A stretch of DNA of 64,000 nucleotides from an uncultured Acidobacteriota bacterium (GCA_963843575.1 CAWJKZ010000019.1:352001-416000), one strand, 5' to 3'. Positions 20,829-31,681 are shown, numbered from the stretch's first letter. The notes: a model not told the origin generated them from the letters alone. Made by a program: numbers and translations.

Positions 20829-21665
20829 ATGGATGCCCGAACGCGGTTGAAGAAACTGGCGGCAGGCTGGCGTCCGCCGGGCGAGCTCGAGCGCTCCCGG
20901 CCCCGCGAGCTGCGGTTGAGGCCGGCCGGCTTCGCGCTGATCGTGCTGGCGGCGTTGATGGCGGCGGGTTCACTGGCTTCAGGTGTGCTGCTCTATTTGA
21001 AGGCGTCGGCCGATCACGAGGCGCGGCGGCAGGTGATGGATTCCGGCCGGGACACGGTCGGGAAGGTCGTGCGCCGCTTTGCGAGGCGATCGGGCGACAA
21101 GCGTCGCTATTTCATCGACTACGAGTACCAGGCGGGCGACCGGGTCTTTGCGGGGCGGGTCGAGGTGGGGCGCCGGGGCTGGCAGGAACTCGATGCGGGC
21201 GTCCCTGTCCCGGTGCGCTATCTCCCCTCAGCCCCGGCACGCCACGTCGTCGTCGGGCGCTCCGGAGGCTTGACGCCCCTGTGGCTGCCGTACCTCGTCG
21301 CCGGGGGCCTGGCGCTGGGGGCCTGGCGGATCACCCGGCCGCTCGTGTCGCAGCGTATCCTGCTGGCGGAAGGGCGGCCGGCGCCGGCGATCGTCACCCG
21401 TCACGAGAAGACCAAGCACGGCGTCGTGGCGCATTTCGTCTTCCAGCTCATGAGCGGGGCGGCTGCGGAGGGGAAGACCGGTCCGCGCAGGAAACCGCCG
21501 GAACTGGACAGCATCCTGTGCGTCTTGTACCTGCCGGACCGCAAGCAACGCCACGGAACTTACCCGTTGTCACTGGTCAAGACGGCCGCGGGCGCCCCCG
21601 CGTTTTTGGAGTGCGGCGGCTCGACGCCGCTTTCCTCAGGCGGCGCCTCGGCGCCGCCGCGCTGA
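20829..21665 (+). CDS. Membrane protein with two DUF3592-like modules
   Basis: TM plus 'G.VV...Y.Y...G..V.V.Y.P' pattern repeated; 3' end runs through a REP. Confidence 0.65.
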   Translation: MDARTRLKKLAAGWRPPGELERSRPRELRLRPAGFALIVLAALMAAGSLASGVLLYLKASADHEARRQVMDSGRDTVGKVVRRFARRSGDKRRYFIDYEYQAGDRVFAGRVEVGRRGWQELDAGVPVPVRYLPSAPARHVVVGRSGGLTPLWLPYLVAGGLALGAWRITRPLVSQRILLAEGRPAPAIVTRHEKTKHGVVAHFVFQLMSGAAAEGKTGPRRKPPELDSILCVLYLPDRKQRHGTYPLSLVKTAAGAPAFLECGGSTPLSSGGASAPPR

Positions 21666-21889
21666 TGTTTACAGAGTCAGCTTCGCGCGCAGGAAAGAAA
21701 CGCAGCCGGGCACCTGGGCCTCGCTCAAACCGTGGAGCAGGAGCGGCCCCTTGAAACCGCAGGTGCGCAGCAAGGCGAGATACCGGTCGTAGTCGAGTTT
21801 GCCCTCGCCTGCGGCCGCCGGCTGCAGCCGGCATCGTTTTCGTCTGCGGATTGGAGCATGGCTGATTGTCCCCTGCCGAGAACCTTGGG

Positions 21890-22597
21890 TTACCTGCCCG
21901 GTTCACTTCCCCGGGAGCGTTTCAGCCTGTCTCTGAAACGTGCCCGCCAGCCTTCGGACAGCGGTTTCAGCCCGACGGCCGCGCGCAGGTCGCGGACATC
22001 GTCTTCGGAGCAGTCTTCGGCAAAGTAGAGCTGGACCGAACGGCTGATGCTCAGCGAGTTCTCCTCCCGGCCGACGCACTCGATGGCATCCCCGGCCCCG
22101 ATGTCCCCCTCACGCAAGACGGCCAGGTAAAACCCCGTGCGCCCGCTGGCGAGGAATCGGCGGGGCATGTCTTCGCGTCCGAATTTGATGCCCAGCTTGT
22201 AGCAGGGCAGCCTCGGCTGCGTCACCATCACCTCGGCGGAACCGATCCGGAAGCGGTCCCCGATCCACACCGTCGACTCGTCGAGACCGTGGGTGGTGAG
22301 GTTCTCGCCGAACATCCCCCACGGCCAGCCTGGAGAGGAGAGTTCCACCCGCCAGAAATCGTAGTGCTCGTCCGGGTAGGCGTATGCCGCCTTGACGGCC
22401 CCGCCATGGACCGACAGGTCGGCCTGCCCGTCGCCCTCGAAATTGAGGGTGCGCAGCGTGAGCCGGCTCCGGACCGCCTCCTTGAAGATGCCGGTGGTGA
22501 TTGTCTTTCCGCCCCACTCGATTTCGCGCGGCAGTCCCGTGTTGACGGAGACGACCCGGCCCTGCGGAGGTCGGTTTGGCTGAGGTTCTGCGCTCAT
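21890..22597 (-). CDS. MOSC domain protein (YiiM-like)
   Basis: GDGQADL.VHGG..KA, FGENLT, IGDRFRIG, QPRLPCYKL, GRTGFYL.VL.EG. Confidence 0.92.
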   Translation of the reverse strand: MSAEPQPNRPPQGRVVSVNTGLPREIEWGGKTITTGIFKEAVRSRLTLRTLNFEGDGQADLSVHGGAVKAAYAYPDEHYDFWRVELSSPGWPWGMFGENLTTHGLDESTVWIGDRFRIGSAEVMVTQPRLPCYKLGIKFGREDMPRRFLASGRTGFYLAVLREGDIGAGDAIECVGREENSLSISRSVQLYFAEDCSEDDVRDLRAAVGLKPLSEGWRARFRDRLKRSRGSEPGR

Positions 22598-22815
22598 ATG
22601 AGAAAGATGATAGCACCATTCTGTGCGGCGGTTCCTCCGCGGAACCCCTCGGCGGCGGGCCGCGCCGGACTGCCGTTGGACCGCAAAGGAAGGTGAACCG
22701 ACGCCATGTGCTTTTGAGACCGCGGCGGGGCTGAAAGCCCGTTTCTGCTTGAGCGCGAATTCTTTCGCGAATCGTGCTAGGCTGAGCTCACAACTTCGAA
22801 CGCGAGAGGTCGGCC

Positions 22816-24207
22816 ATGAACGATCCCACCAAAGCTCAGACTACCCGTCGTGAATTCATCAAGACCACCGGCAAGTTGGCCGCGGGCACGGCCCTGGCCA
22901 ACGTCGCCCTCCCACACGTCCACGCCGCCGGCAGCGACCTGATCCGGATCGCGCTGATCGGCGCCGGCGGACGGGGCAGCGGAGCCGCCCAGAACGCGTT
23001 GTCGGTCAAGCGCGGCCCCGTCAAGCTGGTCGCCGTCGGCGACGTATTTGGCGAGCGGCTGCAGAAAACCCTGAGCGGGCTGCAGCAGAAGTTCGCCGGC
23101 CAGACCGACGTGCCGCCGGATCGGCAGTTTATCGGCTTCGACGCCTACAAGAACGCCATGGACTGCCTGAAGCCGGGCGACATCGCGATCTTCGCCACGC
23201 CGCCGGCGTTCCGCTGGGTGCACTTCTCCTACGCGATCGAAAAGGGCCTCAACGTCTTCATGGAAAAGCCGGTGACCGCGGACGGCCCGACCAGCAAGCG
23301 CATGCTCAAGCTCGGCGAAGACGCCTCGGCCAAGAACCTCAAGGTGGGAGTGGGTTTGATGTCGCGTCACAGCCGGGCGCTCCAGGAACTGGCCAAGCGT
23401 GTTCACGACGGCGAGATCGGCGACATCATCCTGCAGCGTGGCTACCGCATGCACGGGCCCGGGGGATTCTTCCTCTCCCTCCCGAAACCGGCCGGCATCA
23501 GCGACCTGCTCTACCAGGTGCAGCGCTTTCACAGTTTCATCTGGGCGAGCGGCGGCAACTTCAGCGACTTCTACATTCACCTGGTCGATCACCTCGGCTG
23601 GATGAAGAACGCCTGGCCGGTGCGGGCACAGGCCGTGGGTGGCCGCCACTACCGGCAGAGTCCGGAAGGGATCACCTACGTCGACCAGAATTTCGACGTC
23701 TATTCGGTGGAATACACCTACGCCGACGGGACGAAGTTCTATTTCGACGGGAGGTGCATCACGGGGTGCCAGCAGATCTACGCCAGCTACCTCCACGGCA
23801 CCAAGGGGATGGGGATTGCTTCGAAGAGCGGCGACTGCGGGATGCCTTCCAGCCTGTACAAGAGCCAACTGCCGTCGCCCGCAGACATGCTCTGGGAATC
23901 CGAGGTCGCCGAGGACGAGCGGAACCCGTACCAGAACGAATGGAACGACCTGCTGGACGCCATCCGGGACGACAAGCCCTACAACGAGGTGGCGCGCGGC
24001 GTCGAGGCCAGCCTTGTGGCGAGCATGGGGCGAATGTCCGCCCACACCGGCCGGGAAATCACGTTCGAGGAGATGCTGAACTGCGATCACGAAATGGCGC
24101 CGGGCCTGGACAAGCTGACGATGGACTCGCCCGCCCCGCTGCCCCCGGATGCCAACGGGCGATACCCCGTCCCGCAGCCCGGGATCGTGACCGAGCGCGA
24201 GTACTGA
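22816..24207 (+). CDS. Tat-exported Gfo/Idh/MocA oxidoreductase
   Basis: TRREFIK Tat motif; IALIGAGGRGSGA; ATPP.FR; VFMEKP. Confidence 0.9.
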   Translation: MNDPTKAQTTRREFIKTTGKLAAGTALANVALPHVHAAGSDLIRIALIGAGGRGSGAAQNALSVKRGPVKLVAVGDVFGERLQKTLSGLQQKFAGQTDVPPDRQFIGFDAYKNAMDCLKPGDIAIFATPPAFRWVHFSYAIEKGLNVFMEKPVTADGPTSKRMLKLGEDASAKNLKVGVGLMSRHSRALQELAKRVHDGEIGDIILQRGYRMHGPGGFFLSLPKPAGISDLLYQVQRFHSFIWASGGNFSDFYIHLVDHLGWMKNAWPVRAQAVGGRHYRQSPEGITYVDQNFDVYSVEYTYADGTKFYFDGRCITGCQQIYASYLHGTKGMGIASKSGDCGMPSSLYKSQLPSPADMLWESEVAEDERNPYQNEWNDLLDAIRDDKPYNEVARGVEASLVASMGRMSAHTGREITFEEMLNCDHEMAPGLDKLTMDSPAPLPPDANGRYPVPQPGIVTEREY

Positions 24208-24257
24208 GGCGAAACCGTCAGCCGGAAAGGAGCCATTCACGACGTTCGTGCAGGGAT

Positions 24258-25778
24258 TCACCGCTTCAGCCGCGCGGGTTTCAAGGTCCACGCCTGCAGC
24301 CGCGCGAGCTCCATGACCGCCGGGGCGCGAAATCCTTCCGGGAAGATCACCCAATCCCAGAGACTGCCCGAGTCCTGTGCCACGTATTTGGCTGCAGTGA
24401 ACGTGCCGGGCATTATCCGGACCTGTTCCGGGTGGCGGCCCTTTTCGGCGGTTTCCTCCAGTAGCGCGGCGATGGTGGCCAGGTATGTCTCCGGCGGGAT
24501 CGGCACCGCGCCCAGCCAGACTTCGTCGGGCACGCGCCGGCGGCTGCGGCAAAAGCCGTCGACGTCTGCGACCGTTGCGGCGAAAGACGCCCAGGGGACG
24601 GTCCGGGGCGGGGCGGGGCGGCCGGACACGGCGAACGGCCGGGCGGGCCCGTCCAGGGCGCTTATCGTGACGTAGCCGTCCGCCTGCTTGCCCGGGTCCG
24701 AGCGCTTCATCGCCTCCTGCTGCAGCAGCCAGAAGACCTCCGCGGCGGAGACCGACAGGCCGTCGAGCTGCTGAAACGTCACGCCGGAACCGACCCCGCG
24801 CGCGAGGGTCCGGATCTCGTCGTTGCCGAAGCGGTGCTCCGCGGCTGGATCGGCGTAGAGCTGCTTCAGGTCGGACGCGGTTACGAACCGGACGCCCGGC
24901 AGCTCTTTGATGAAACGGACATACTGCTCGAAGTCCGCGAACCCCTTTTCGACCGCCGCGGCCGGCTTGGTCGGTGGAAGCTTCCAGTCTTCCGGCGGCG
25001 GGTTGTTCCCGCGGCTGAAATTCACCCCGTCCCAGAATTCCTTGTGGACGAACTCGCACGGGTGGTAGTAGATGCTGAGCGTCCCGCCGCCGCGGGCCCG
25101 CACGGCCTCCCGGGCCTTCAGAAATTGCTGCCGGGCGTTGGCCAGGTTTTGCGCCCCGTCGAGGTCCAGCCGCACGACGGCCTCGCCGAGGTTGAACACG
25201 TTCAGCATCCCGCCGTAGAAAAAGGGCTGGCCGTTCAACCCGACGTGCCTGGCTTCGTCCAGATACATCGTGATGCCGAGGCTTCGAAGCGCGGGGTATG
25301 CCTGTGGCGCCCAGGAGCTGCCTGGCTGGCCGTAGCACACCGGGACCGTTCCGAAAATCCTGCGCACGTCGGCGGCGCCGGAGCCTTCGCGCCGCAGGAA
25401 CTCGGCGATGCCGTCATCCCAGCCCGCATCGCCCAGGTAGACCGCGACGGTCGGCTGCCGGCTGTGCCAGTTGGAGTGGTAACCGATGTCGTGCTTCTGC
25501 AGCGCACGGATCACGTCGGTCCGGCCGCGCCGCTCGAGCACACGCGCTTTTTCGCCCACGACCTTGAAGGTGGCCCGGACGTCGAGGCGCGTCAGTATCT
25601 CGGCCAGCCGCTTCGCAGCGTCGTCGCTCTGGGGCAGGATGTAGTCTTCCGTGTCGAACCACAAGGTGACATAAACGGGCGCGGCTGCGTCCTGCGCCCC
25701 GAGGCCACGCGGGGCCACGCAGCAGAGGAGCGGCAGCAACGCGAGCAGCAGGGCGAATTTCCGCCAACCTGAACTCAT
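24258..25778 (-). CDS. Secreted polysaccharide deacetylase-like protein (CE4/NodB fold)
   Basis: Signal peptide; VTLWFDTED, ATF.VVG, HDIGYHS..HS, SIYYHP.EF. Confidence 0.75.
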   Translation of the reverse strand: MSSGWRKFALLLALLPLLCCVAPRGLGAQDAAAPVYVTLWFDTEDYILPQSDDAAKRLAEILTRLDVRATFKVVGEKARVLERRGRTDVIRALQKHDIGYHSNWHSRQPTVAVYLGDAGWDDGIAEFLRREGSGAADVRRIFGTVPVCYGQPGSSWAPQAYPALRSLGITMYLDEARHVGLNGQPFFYGGMLNVFNLGEAVVRLDLDGAQNLANARQQFLKAREAVRARGGGTLSIYYHPCEFVHKEFWDGVNFSRGNNPPPEDWKLPPTKPAAAVEKGFADFEQYVRFIKELPGVRFVTASDLKQLYADPAAEHRFGNDEIRTLARGVGSGVTFQQLDGLSVSAAEVFWLLQQEAMKRSDPGKQADGYVTISALDGPARPFAVSGRPAPPRTVPWASFAATVADVDGFCRSRRRVPDEVWLGAVPIPPETYLATIAALLEETAEKGRHPEQVRIMPGTFTAAKYVAQDSGSLWDWVIFPEGFRAPAVMELARLQAWTLKPARLKR

Positions 25779-25797
25779 TTGTCCATTCCTCCAACTT

Positions 25798-25965
25798 TGG
25801 AGTGCGGCGGCTCGACGGCTCGACGCCGCTTTCACTTACGCCCCAGAGCCGGAATGCCAGGCGCCTCGGCGCCCCAGCAGGACGCGGATTTTCACGGATT
25901 TCACGAATTAACGCGGCCTGTCACCAAGTCAACATCCGCGTGAATCAGCGCAAATCCGCGTCCTG
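25798..25965. repeat. Composite of REP family B (TGGAGTGCGGCGGCTCGAC) and family C element
   Basis: Family B from 25798; family C 25878-25965 with perfect 14-bp inverted ends CAGGACGCGGATTT/AAATCCGCGTCCTG. Confidence 0.8.
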
Positions 25966-26135
25966 GAATCGTTAGCGTATTCATCGAATCGCGACCCTGC
26001 CGTGCAGCCAAGCTCCGACGCCGGTGATTCTACACCCGATCGGGGCGCGTCCCGGGTTCAGTCTGTGTTGAAGCCGAGGCTCCGCACTGCACTTCGGTGT
26101 AGAATCGCGCTGCACAAAACGAAAGGGGCTGGAAA

Positions 26136-27029
26136 ATGGATTATCGACGCACGGCCGTACTGGTCGCATCATTTCTGGCTGCAACGGCAGGCCTGATGTG
26201 CGGGCAGGAGCAGGCAAGGCCAATCGCCGAGCTGAGGCGCATGGAGCCGCAGGTCGGCACCATGGACAACAGCGGCAGGAAGACAGGCCGCGGCATAGTC
26301 TGGGCGGAATCGAGCGGGCCCGTCGTGGCGGAGTTTGCCAGGGCATGCGACACGGCCGTCATACCGGTCGGCTGCGTGGAGATGCACGGGCCGCACAATC
26401 CCACCGGGACCGACTCGATTAACGTCGAGCGGATCTGCCGGCTCGCCGCGGTGCAGGAGCCGTTCATCATCCTGCCGACGATCTACTACAACATCAACGA
26501 CCAGATGATGAGCTACCCGGGCACGATCTCGATACCCCATCGAGTCCTGATCGACACCTGGCGGGCGATTTTCAAAGAGTGTGCGCGCAACGGCTTCAAG
26601 CGCATCGTGCCGGTGTGCGGGCACGGCGGGTCGCAGGAGCCCCTCATCGTCGCGCAGGCCGAGGTCCTGCAGGAATCCTACGAAGGGGTGCCCGTCGATT
26701 ACCAGGTGTTCCGCATAGAGACCTTCGGGATGGCAGAGCCCGCGGCCCTCGGTGGCCACGGGGGAGGCGGTGAGACTGCCCGCGTCATGGACGCGTTGCC
26801 GGGCCTGGTCGACCTAGCAAAGGCGACGGGTGAAGGTCCCAACATCAGACCGGTCGCGAGTCCCGCGGATTATCGCATTCCCTGGATCCGGAACGTGCCG
26901 AAGGGCTACCAGGGGCGCCCGGAGCTCGCCACACGGGAACTGGGCGAGAAGCTCAACCGGGAACTCGCCGCGAAGCTTGTGGAAATCATCCGCAAGATCA
27001 AGGCTGTCGACCTGAAGACGAGCCCCTAA
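26136..27029 (+). CDS. Creatininase-family amidohydrolase with signal peptide
   Basis: PVG.VE.HGPH.P.GTD, GHGG, HGGGGET metal motifs. Confidence 0.85.
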   Translation: MDYRRTAVLVASFLAATAGLMCGQEQARPIAELRRMEPQVGTMDNSGRKTGRGIVWAESSGPVVAEFARACDTAVIPVGCVEMHGPHNPTGTDSINVERICRLAAVQEPFIILPTIYYNINDQMMSYPGTISIPHRVLIDTWRAIFKECARNGFKRIVPVCGHGGSQEPLIVAQAEVLQESYEGVPVDYQVFRIETFGMAEPAALGGHGGGGETARVMDALPGLVDLAKATGEGPNIRPVASPADYRIPWIRNVPKGYQGRPELATRELGEKLNRELAAKLVEIIRKIKAVDLKTSP

Positions 27030-27059
27030 ACGGTGTTTCTCTTGGCGGAAACTGATTGG

Positions 27060-27376
27060 GGAGTGCGGCGGCTCGACGCCACCACAGGCCGAGGTCGCAG
27101 GGTCGCATCTCGCGATTCGGCGCGGCGCCGAGGCGCCGCACTCCAGATTACTTCAGTTCGTCCGGATTGAACGTCAACATCTCGAAGACCCTTCAGACAG
27201 TGCGCAGGCGACTCAAAATCCCTCGGACGCGGATGAACGCTGGCAAGGCTCGACGGGGCGCCCCGTCGAGCTTTGCACACGGATCAAAGCAAACTTAGGG
27301 TTCGCGCAAGAATGAGTTCACATTTTGGCGCGAGCCCTAAGCTACAACGTAAATCCGCGAGAATCCGCGTTCCAGG
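27060..27376. repeat. Cluster of nested palindromes (families B and C plus a 48-bp IS-end-like palindrome)
   Basis: GGAGTGCGGCG..CGCCGCACTCC 27060-27144; hairpin 27243-27276; CTTAGGG..CCCTAAG 27294-27341; family C arms 27224 and 27351. Confidence 0.75.
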
Positions 27377-27502
27377 AAGTTTGCACGATCCCCAGTGTCT
27401 GAATCGCAGATGCGGCCGCGGCCCACTTGGCATTTCGAATGCCGCCGTGTTAGTTTCGTGCGCTTGTGTGCAGCACCTCACCCCTGCGAGCGAGTGGTGT
27501 AA

Positions 27503-28843
27503 ATGGACGACAACCCTGTTCGCCTCAGGCGTGTTCTCGGTCTGTGGGACCTGATTTTCTACGGGATTGTCCTCATACAGCCGATTGCGCCGGTCGGTAT
27601 ATTCGGAGTAGCTGCCGGAATCTCGCGCGGGCACGTTTCGACCACCCTCGTGATTGCGATGTTCGCCATGATGTTGACCGCCTACAGCTACGGGCAGATG
27701 TCGATTCTGTACCCGACGGCGGGATCGGCGTACACCTACGTGGGACGGGGTCTCAATCTGCACCTCGGGTTTCTGACCGGTTGGGCGATGCTTCTCGACT
27801 ATCTCATCATTCCGGTCATCAATGTGATCTACCTGGCTCTGACGATCCGGCGGCTGGCGCCCGAAGTCCCCTACGTCGTCTGGGTCGCGGTAACGGCCAC
27901 TGTCCTCACTCTCATGAATCTCCAGCGCGTGCGGTTCACCGCGCGCACCAATCAGGCGATGCTTGCCGTCATGAGCGTCGTTATCCTTGCATTTGTCGTG
28001 CTTGCGGTTCGCTTCCTGTTCCGCGCCGCCGGATGGACCGGCTTGTTCTCGGTCCAGCCGTTCTATGATCCGGCTACCTTCGACCTGGGAAGCCTCGCGA
28101 CGGCAACTTCACTTGCGGCGCTCACATACATCGGCTTCGACGGAGTGACCACGCTTGCCGAAGAGGTGGAAGACCCGAAGCGCAATGTCCCACGGGCCAC
28201 TGTTCTGGTCTGCCTGTTTACCGGGCTGCTCAGTACCCTCGAGATTTACCTCGCCCAACGTGTCTGGCCCGACTACGGGACGTTTCCAAATCCCGAGACC
28301 GCCTTCCTCGACGTATGCGGCCGAATCGGCGGACCCCTGATGTTTCAGGCCATGGCGGCGATTCTCATCGTCGCCTGTTTCGGGAGCGGTCTGGCCGGCC
28401 AGCTCGGAGCCGCGCGTCTTCTTTTTGGCATGGGTCGGGATCGCGTGATCCACCCCGTGTTCGGAAAGCTGGGAGCACGCTCCGGTATCCCCGTCTGGAA
28501 CGTCGTCTTGATCGGCTTACTGACGCTGGCCGGAGCACTGCTGATCAATTACGAGAGGGCCGCTGAACTGCTCAATTTCGGGGCGTTCCTGGCTTTCATG
28601 GGCGTAAACCTGGCCATGGCCCGGAAGCGCTATTTCGGTGCCCCCCGCGACAGCCGGGCTATATGGAGTTCACTTGTCGTCCCCGGTACGGGATTCCTGT
28701 TCTGCGCCGTGATCTGGCTCAGCCTGCCAATACCGGCGAAGATCGCAGGTGGGGGTTGGCTGGTTGCGGGCATTATCTACCAGGCATTGAAGACACATGG
28801 CTTCAGGATCAAGCCTCCGGCAGTCGATTTCACCGAGGGCTGA
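27503..28843 (+). CDS. APC-family amine/amino acid permease (PuuP-like)
   Basis: LWDLIFYG, AGSAYTY, GW.MLLDY, YIGFDGVTTLAEE, RLLFGMGRD, LNFGAF.AF. Confidence 0.9.
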   Translation: MDDNPVRLRRVLGLWDLIFYGIVLIQPIAPVGIFGVAAGISRGHVSTTLVIAMFAMMLTAYSYGQMSILYPTAGSAYTYVGRGLNLHLGFLTGWAMLLDYLIIPVINVIYLALTIRRLAPEVPYVVWVAVTATVLTLMNLQRVRFTARTNQAMLAVMSVVILAFVVLAVRFLFRAAGWTGLFSVQPFYDPATFDLGSLATATSLAALTYIGFDGVTTLAEEVEDPKRNVPRATVLVCLFTGLLSTLEIYLAQRVWPDYGTFPNPETAFLDVCGRIGGPLMFQAMAAILIVACFGSGLAGQLGAARLLFGMGRDRVIHPVFGKLGARSGIPVWNVVLIGLLTLAGALLINYERAAELLNFGAFLAFMGVNLAMARKRYFGAPRDSRAIWSSLVVPGTGFLFCAVIWLSLPIPAKIAGGGWLVAGIIYQALKTHGFRIKPPAVDFTEG

Positions 28844-28966
28844 ACAGAACGCGGATTCCGCGGATCCAACGGATTCACGCGGAATGCCGGGCGCCGGCCT
28901 GTCGCTCCGTGTGGATCCGCGCGCATCCGCGTCCTGAAAAATACGATAGCGTATTGGCAAACATCA
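28843..28966. repeat. Repeat family C element
   Basis: AACAGAACGCGGATT...ATCCGCGTCCTGAAAA; inverted homologue of 16575-16699. Confidence 0.75.
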
Positions 28967-29183
28967 GTACTTACGCGATCAGAGTCTTGTTTCACCGACT
29001 TTCTGGATCCACTCGCGGGCCCACTCCACCGAGCCCCAATTCAGATCCATGGCAGTGCCGTAATTTGAGGGGGGGGCGGCTCAACTTCATCCCCGATTCG
29101 TTTTGTGGCATCGCTGTCCCTCTTCCAGCTGTTCTGGTTTGCGCCCGCCCGCGGCGGGCAGAGTACGAAGTGGCAGCGAGTGG

Positions 29184-29639
29184 TCAGGGTTTGCCGGCCC
29201 CGCAGTCGCACGCCGGGCACCCCTTGTCGAAAACCACCCGCCACTTTCCGTCCGGTTCGCGGCGCCACACGGAGTTGAAGGTGCCCGTGCGCTTGCCGGA
29301 CGCGTCGAACACCGGCCCGCTCGACAGGCCGAGCGTCCCGTTTGCGAGCACCTCGACCGTCTCGGGCTTCCACGAGAAGGGCGCGACGGCCCCTTCATAG
29401 AAGGTTTTCCAACCCTCTCGCACCGCATCGCGCCCGCGCAGGGGGCCGCGGCCCAGGAACACGGCGTCGTCTGCGACAAAGCTCGCGAAAGCCGCGAGAT
29501 CGCGCCTGGCCATCGTCTCGGCAAACGCCGCCTCGGCGGTGCGCACCTGCTCGACGAGCTCGGACTGAGTTTGTGCGGCCACGGGTCGCGGCGCGAGCAG
29601 TCCCATGGCGAAGAGAGCCAGAAAGGTCGAAATACCCAT
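29184..29639 (-). CDS. NTF2-like / DUF4440 secreted protein
   Basis: AEAAFA..MARRD..AF..FVADDAVF; GTFNSVWRR..DG.WRVVFD.G. Confidence 0.85.
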   Translation of the reverse strand: MGISTFLALFAMGLLAPRPVAAQTQSELVEQVRTAEAAFAETMARRDLAAFASFVADDAVFLGRGPLRGRDAVREGWKTFYEGAVAPFSWKPETVEVLANGTLGLSSGPVFDASGKRTGTFNSVWRREPDGKWRVVFDKGCPACDCGAGKP

Positions 29640-29734
29640 GATGGGAGTCCGGGTTTGGGGTGAAGTATCCACGGCATATGCCGCACTGTGTCGTTCGAGT
29701 GTACTGCCGCTTGTTTTCAAGCTCCGGAGCGCAG

Positions 29735-29807
29735 CGAGATTCTTGGAGAACCTTCGAGTCTTCGAGGTTTGCTTTTTTTACCTCCAAGGGGCTCTAAGAT
29801 TTTCAAA
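29735..29807. repeat. Repeat family D inverted pair
   Basis: CTTGGAG..CTTCGAG..CTTCGAGGT / ACCTCCAAG..CTCTAAG; like 53136-53212. Confidence 0.55.
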
Positions 29808-30192
29808 GCGGGGGCGCGGCACCCCGAGACGCCAAGTCGCGCATGAACTAATGTCGCTCTGTATAGTCGTGGACGTCGAGACAGTGTAGCAGGAATTGTC
29901 GTCTCAGCACCCACATACTCGCGGTCCGGCGCCGCCCCGGGAACGGATCAACCCGGGTAGTTGGCAATTCGAATCTTGCCATGCTAGGGTTGAACCAGTC
30001 CCGGGCGCGAAACCCCGGGCGATATGTATCGGAGGCCGGGAAGTGAATCCGTCCGGTACCTGTACCACGTGTCCGGCCGGACGTCCGCGCCGCGGTGCAG
30101 CGCAAAAAGTCGGCGGAGCTGACGCACGCAGGATCATCCGCTGCGAGGCAGGTCCCGCCCGCCCCCGGCGGGGCCTCTTCCGTGCAGCCTGT

Positions 30193-31681
30193 ATGAAACA
30201 AGGAAGGTCGCAACCGGTGGTGTTTCTGCGAGGCAACTGGCGGGGAATCCTGCTTTCCGCAGCAATCACGTTCTGCTCGTCGCCCTCGATGGCGGATGGG
30301 GGACCCCAGGCACCGCCGGTCCCCGATCTGGTGCCCGCCGAGCGGATCAACCTGGAGGACTTCGAACCCGCCGTCCGGGACCAGGTCAGCCGGCATTACG
30401 ACGAAGCACGCACAAAAGCCCAACGATGCCGCTGCCGTTGGAAAGCTCGGGATGATGTTCCACGTTTACGGCAGGTACGAGCTGGCCGACGACCTGCTAT
30501 CTTCGCGCCCGCGCGCTGGACCCCCGCTCGTTCCGCTGGCCGTATTACCTGGCCATCGTCGAAACGGCGCTCGGCAAGAATGACCAGGCCCTCGGCCCAT
30601 GTCCGTGACGCTCTCGGCGATCGACGGGGGCTACGCCCCTGCCCGGATCCGGCTGGCCCAGCTGCTGTTGGATTCCGGAGACGCCGAACAAAGCGCGAAG
30701 ATCTACCGTTCGGTCATCGCTCAGAACAAGAACCTCGCGACCGCTCACTTCGGCCTCGGGCAGGTGCTCGCGGCGCGGTCGGACTGGCAGGCTGCCATCG
30801 ATTCCTACCGCCGGGCCTGCGAGATCGCGGCAAACTATGCCGCCGCCCACTACGGCGCTCGGGATGGCTTACAGGAACACGGGTGACATGGCGAAGGCTC
30901 GCGAGCATCTCCAGCGCTACCAAGTCCTGAAGCAGAGCCAAGCAGCCCTCCGAAGATGCTCTGATGGACGAGGTGACGGCTCTCTATTCCGGGGGCCTCA
31001 CCCGCTTCGCGCAAGGTTCCGTCCTGTTTCAGCAGGGCAAGACCAAGGAGGCCATCCAGGAGTTTGAGGGCGCCCTCGAGGTGAACCCGCGACTCGTCAT
31101 GGCCCACATCAACCTGATCGCGCTTTACGGTCAGCTGAACCAGCCCGAGAAAGCCGAGGCGCATTTCAAGGCTGCGGTCGAGCTCGACCCGGGCTGGGTC
31201 GAGAGCTACTTCAACTGGGGATTCTTCCTGGCCCAGCACGGCAGGAAGACCGAGGCGGTCGAGCTATTTCAGAAGGCAGTCGAGGTCAACCCGAACTATC
31301 CCGAGGCGCGCGTCCAGCTCGGCATCCTGCTCGACGACGCGGGGCAGCCGGCAGCGGCCTCCGCCCACTACCTGCGTGCGCTGGAAATTAACCCCGGCCA
31401 CAGGCAGGCGCATTACTTCCTCGGGCGCAGCCTGCTTGCGCCAGGGGAAGGTGAAGGAGGCAATCCAGCACCTGCTCCAGACGACGCTCGTGGAGGACAC
31501 CTGGACTCCTGCCTGTCTGCAGGCCGTCGCCATCGCCTACGAGCGGAGCGGTAACCGGGAACGGGCCGTGCACTTCCTTCGCGAGGCCAGGCAACGCGCA
31601 CTGACGCTCCGGATGCAGGACATGGTTTCGCAGCTTCAACGGGACATCGACAGGCTCGCTTCGGAGGCCCACCGACCTTGA
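30193..31681 (+). CDS. TPR-repeat protein, multiply frameshifted as given
   Basis: TPR motifs (AHFGLGQVLA, AHINLIALY, SYFNWGFFLA) continue across about 7 frame changes. Confidence 0.75.

Noticed and set aside
29962-29981. TGGCAA-N8-TTGCCA palindrome as a shared locus operator (compare 59858, 62606)
   Set aside because: Spacer lengths differ between sites; no consistent motif
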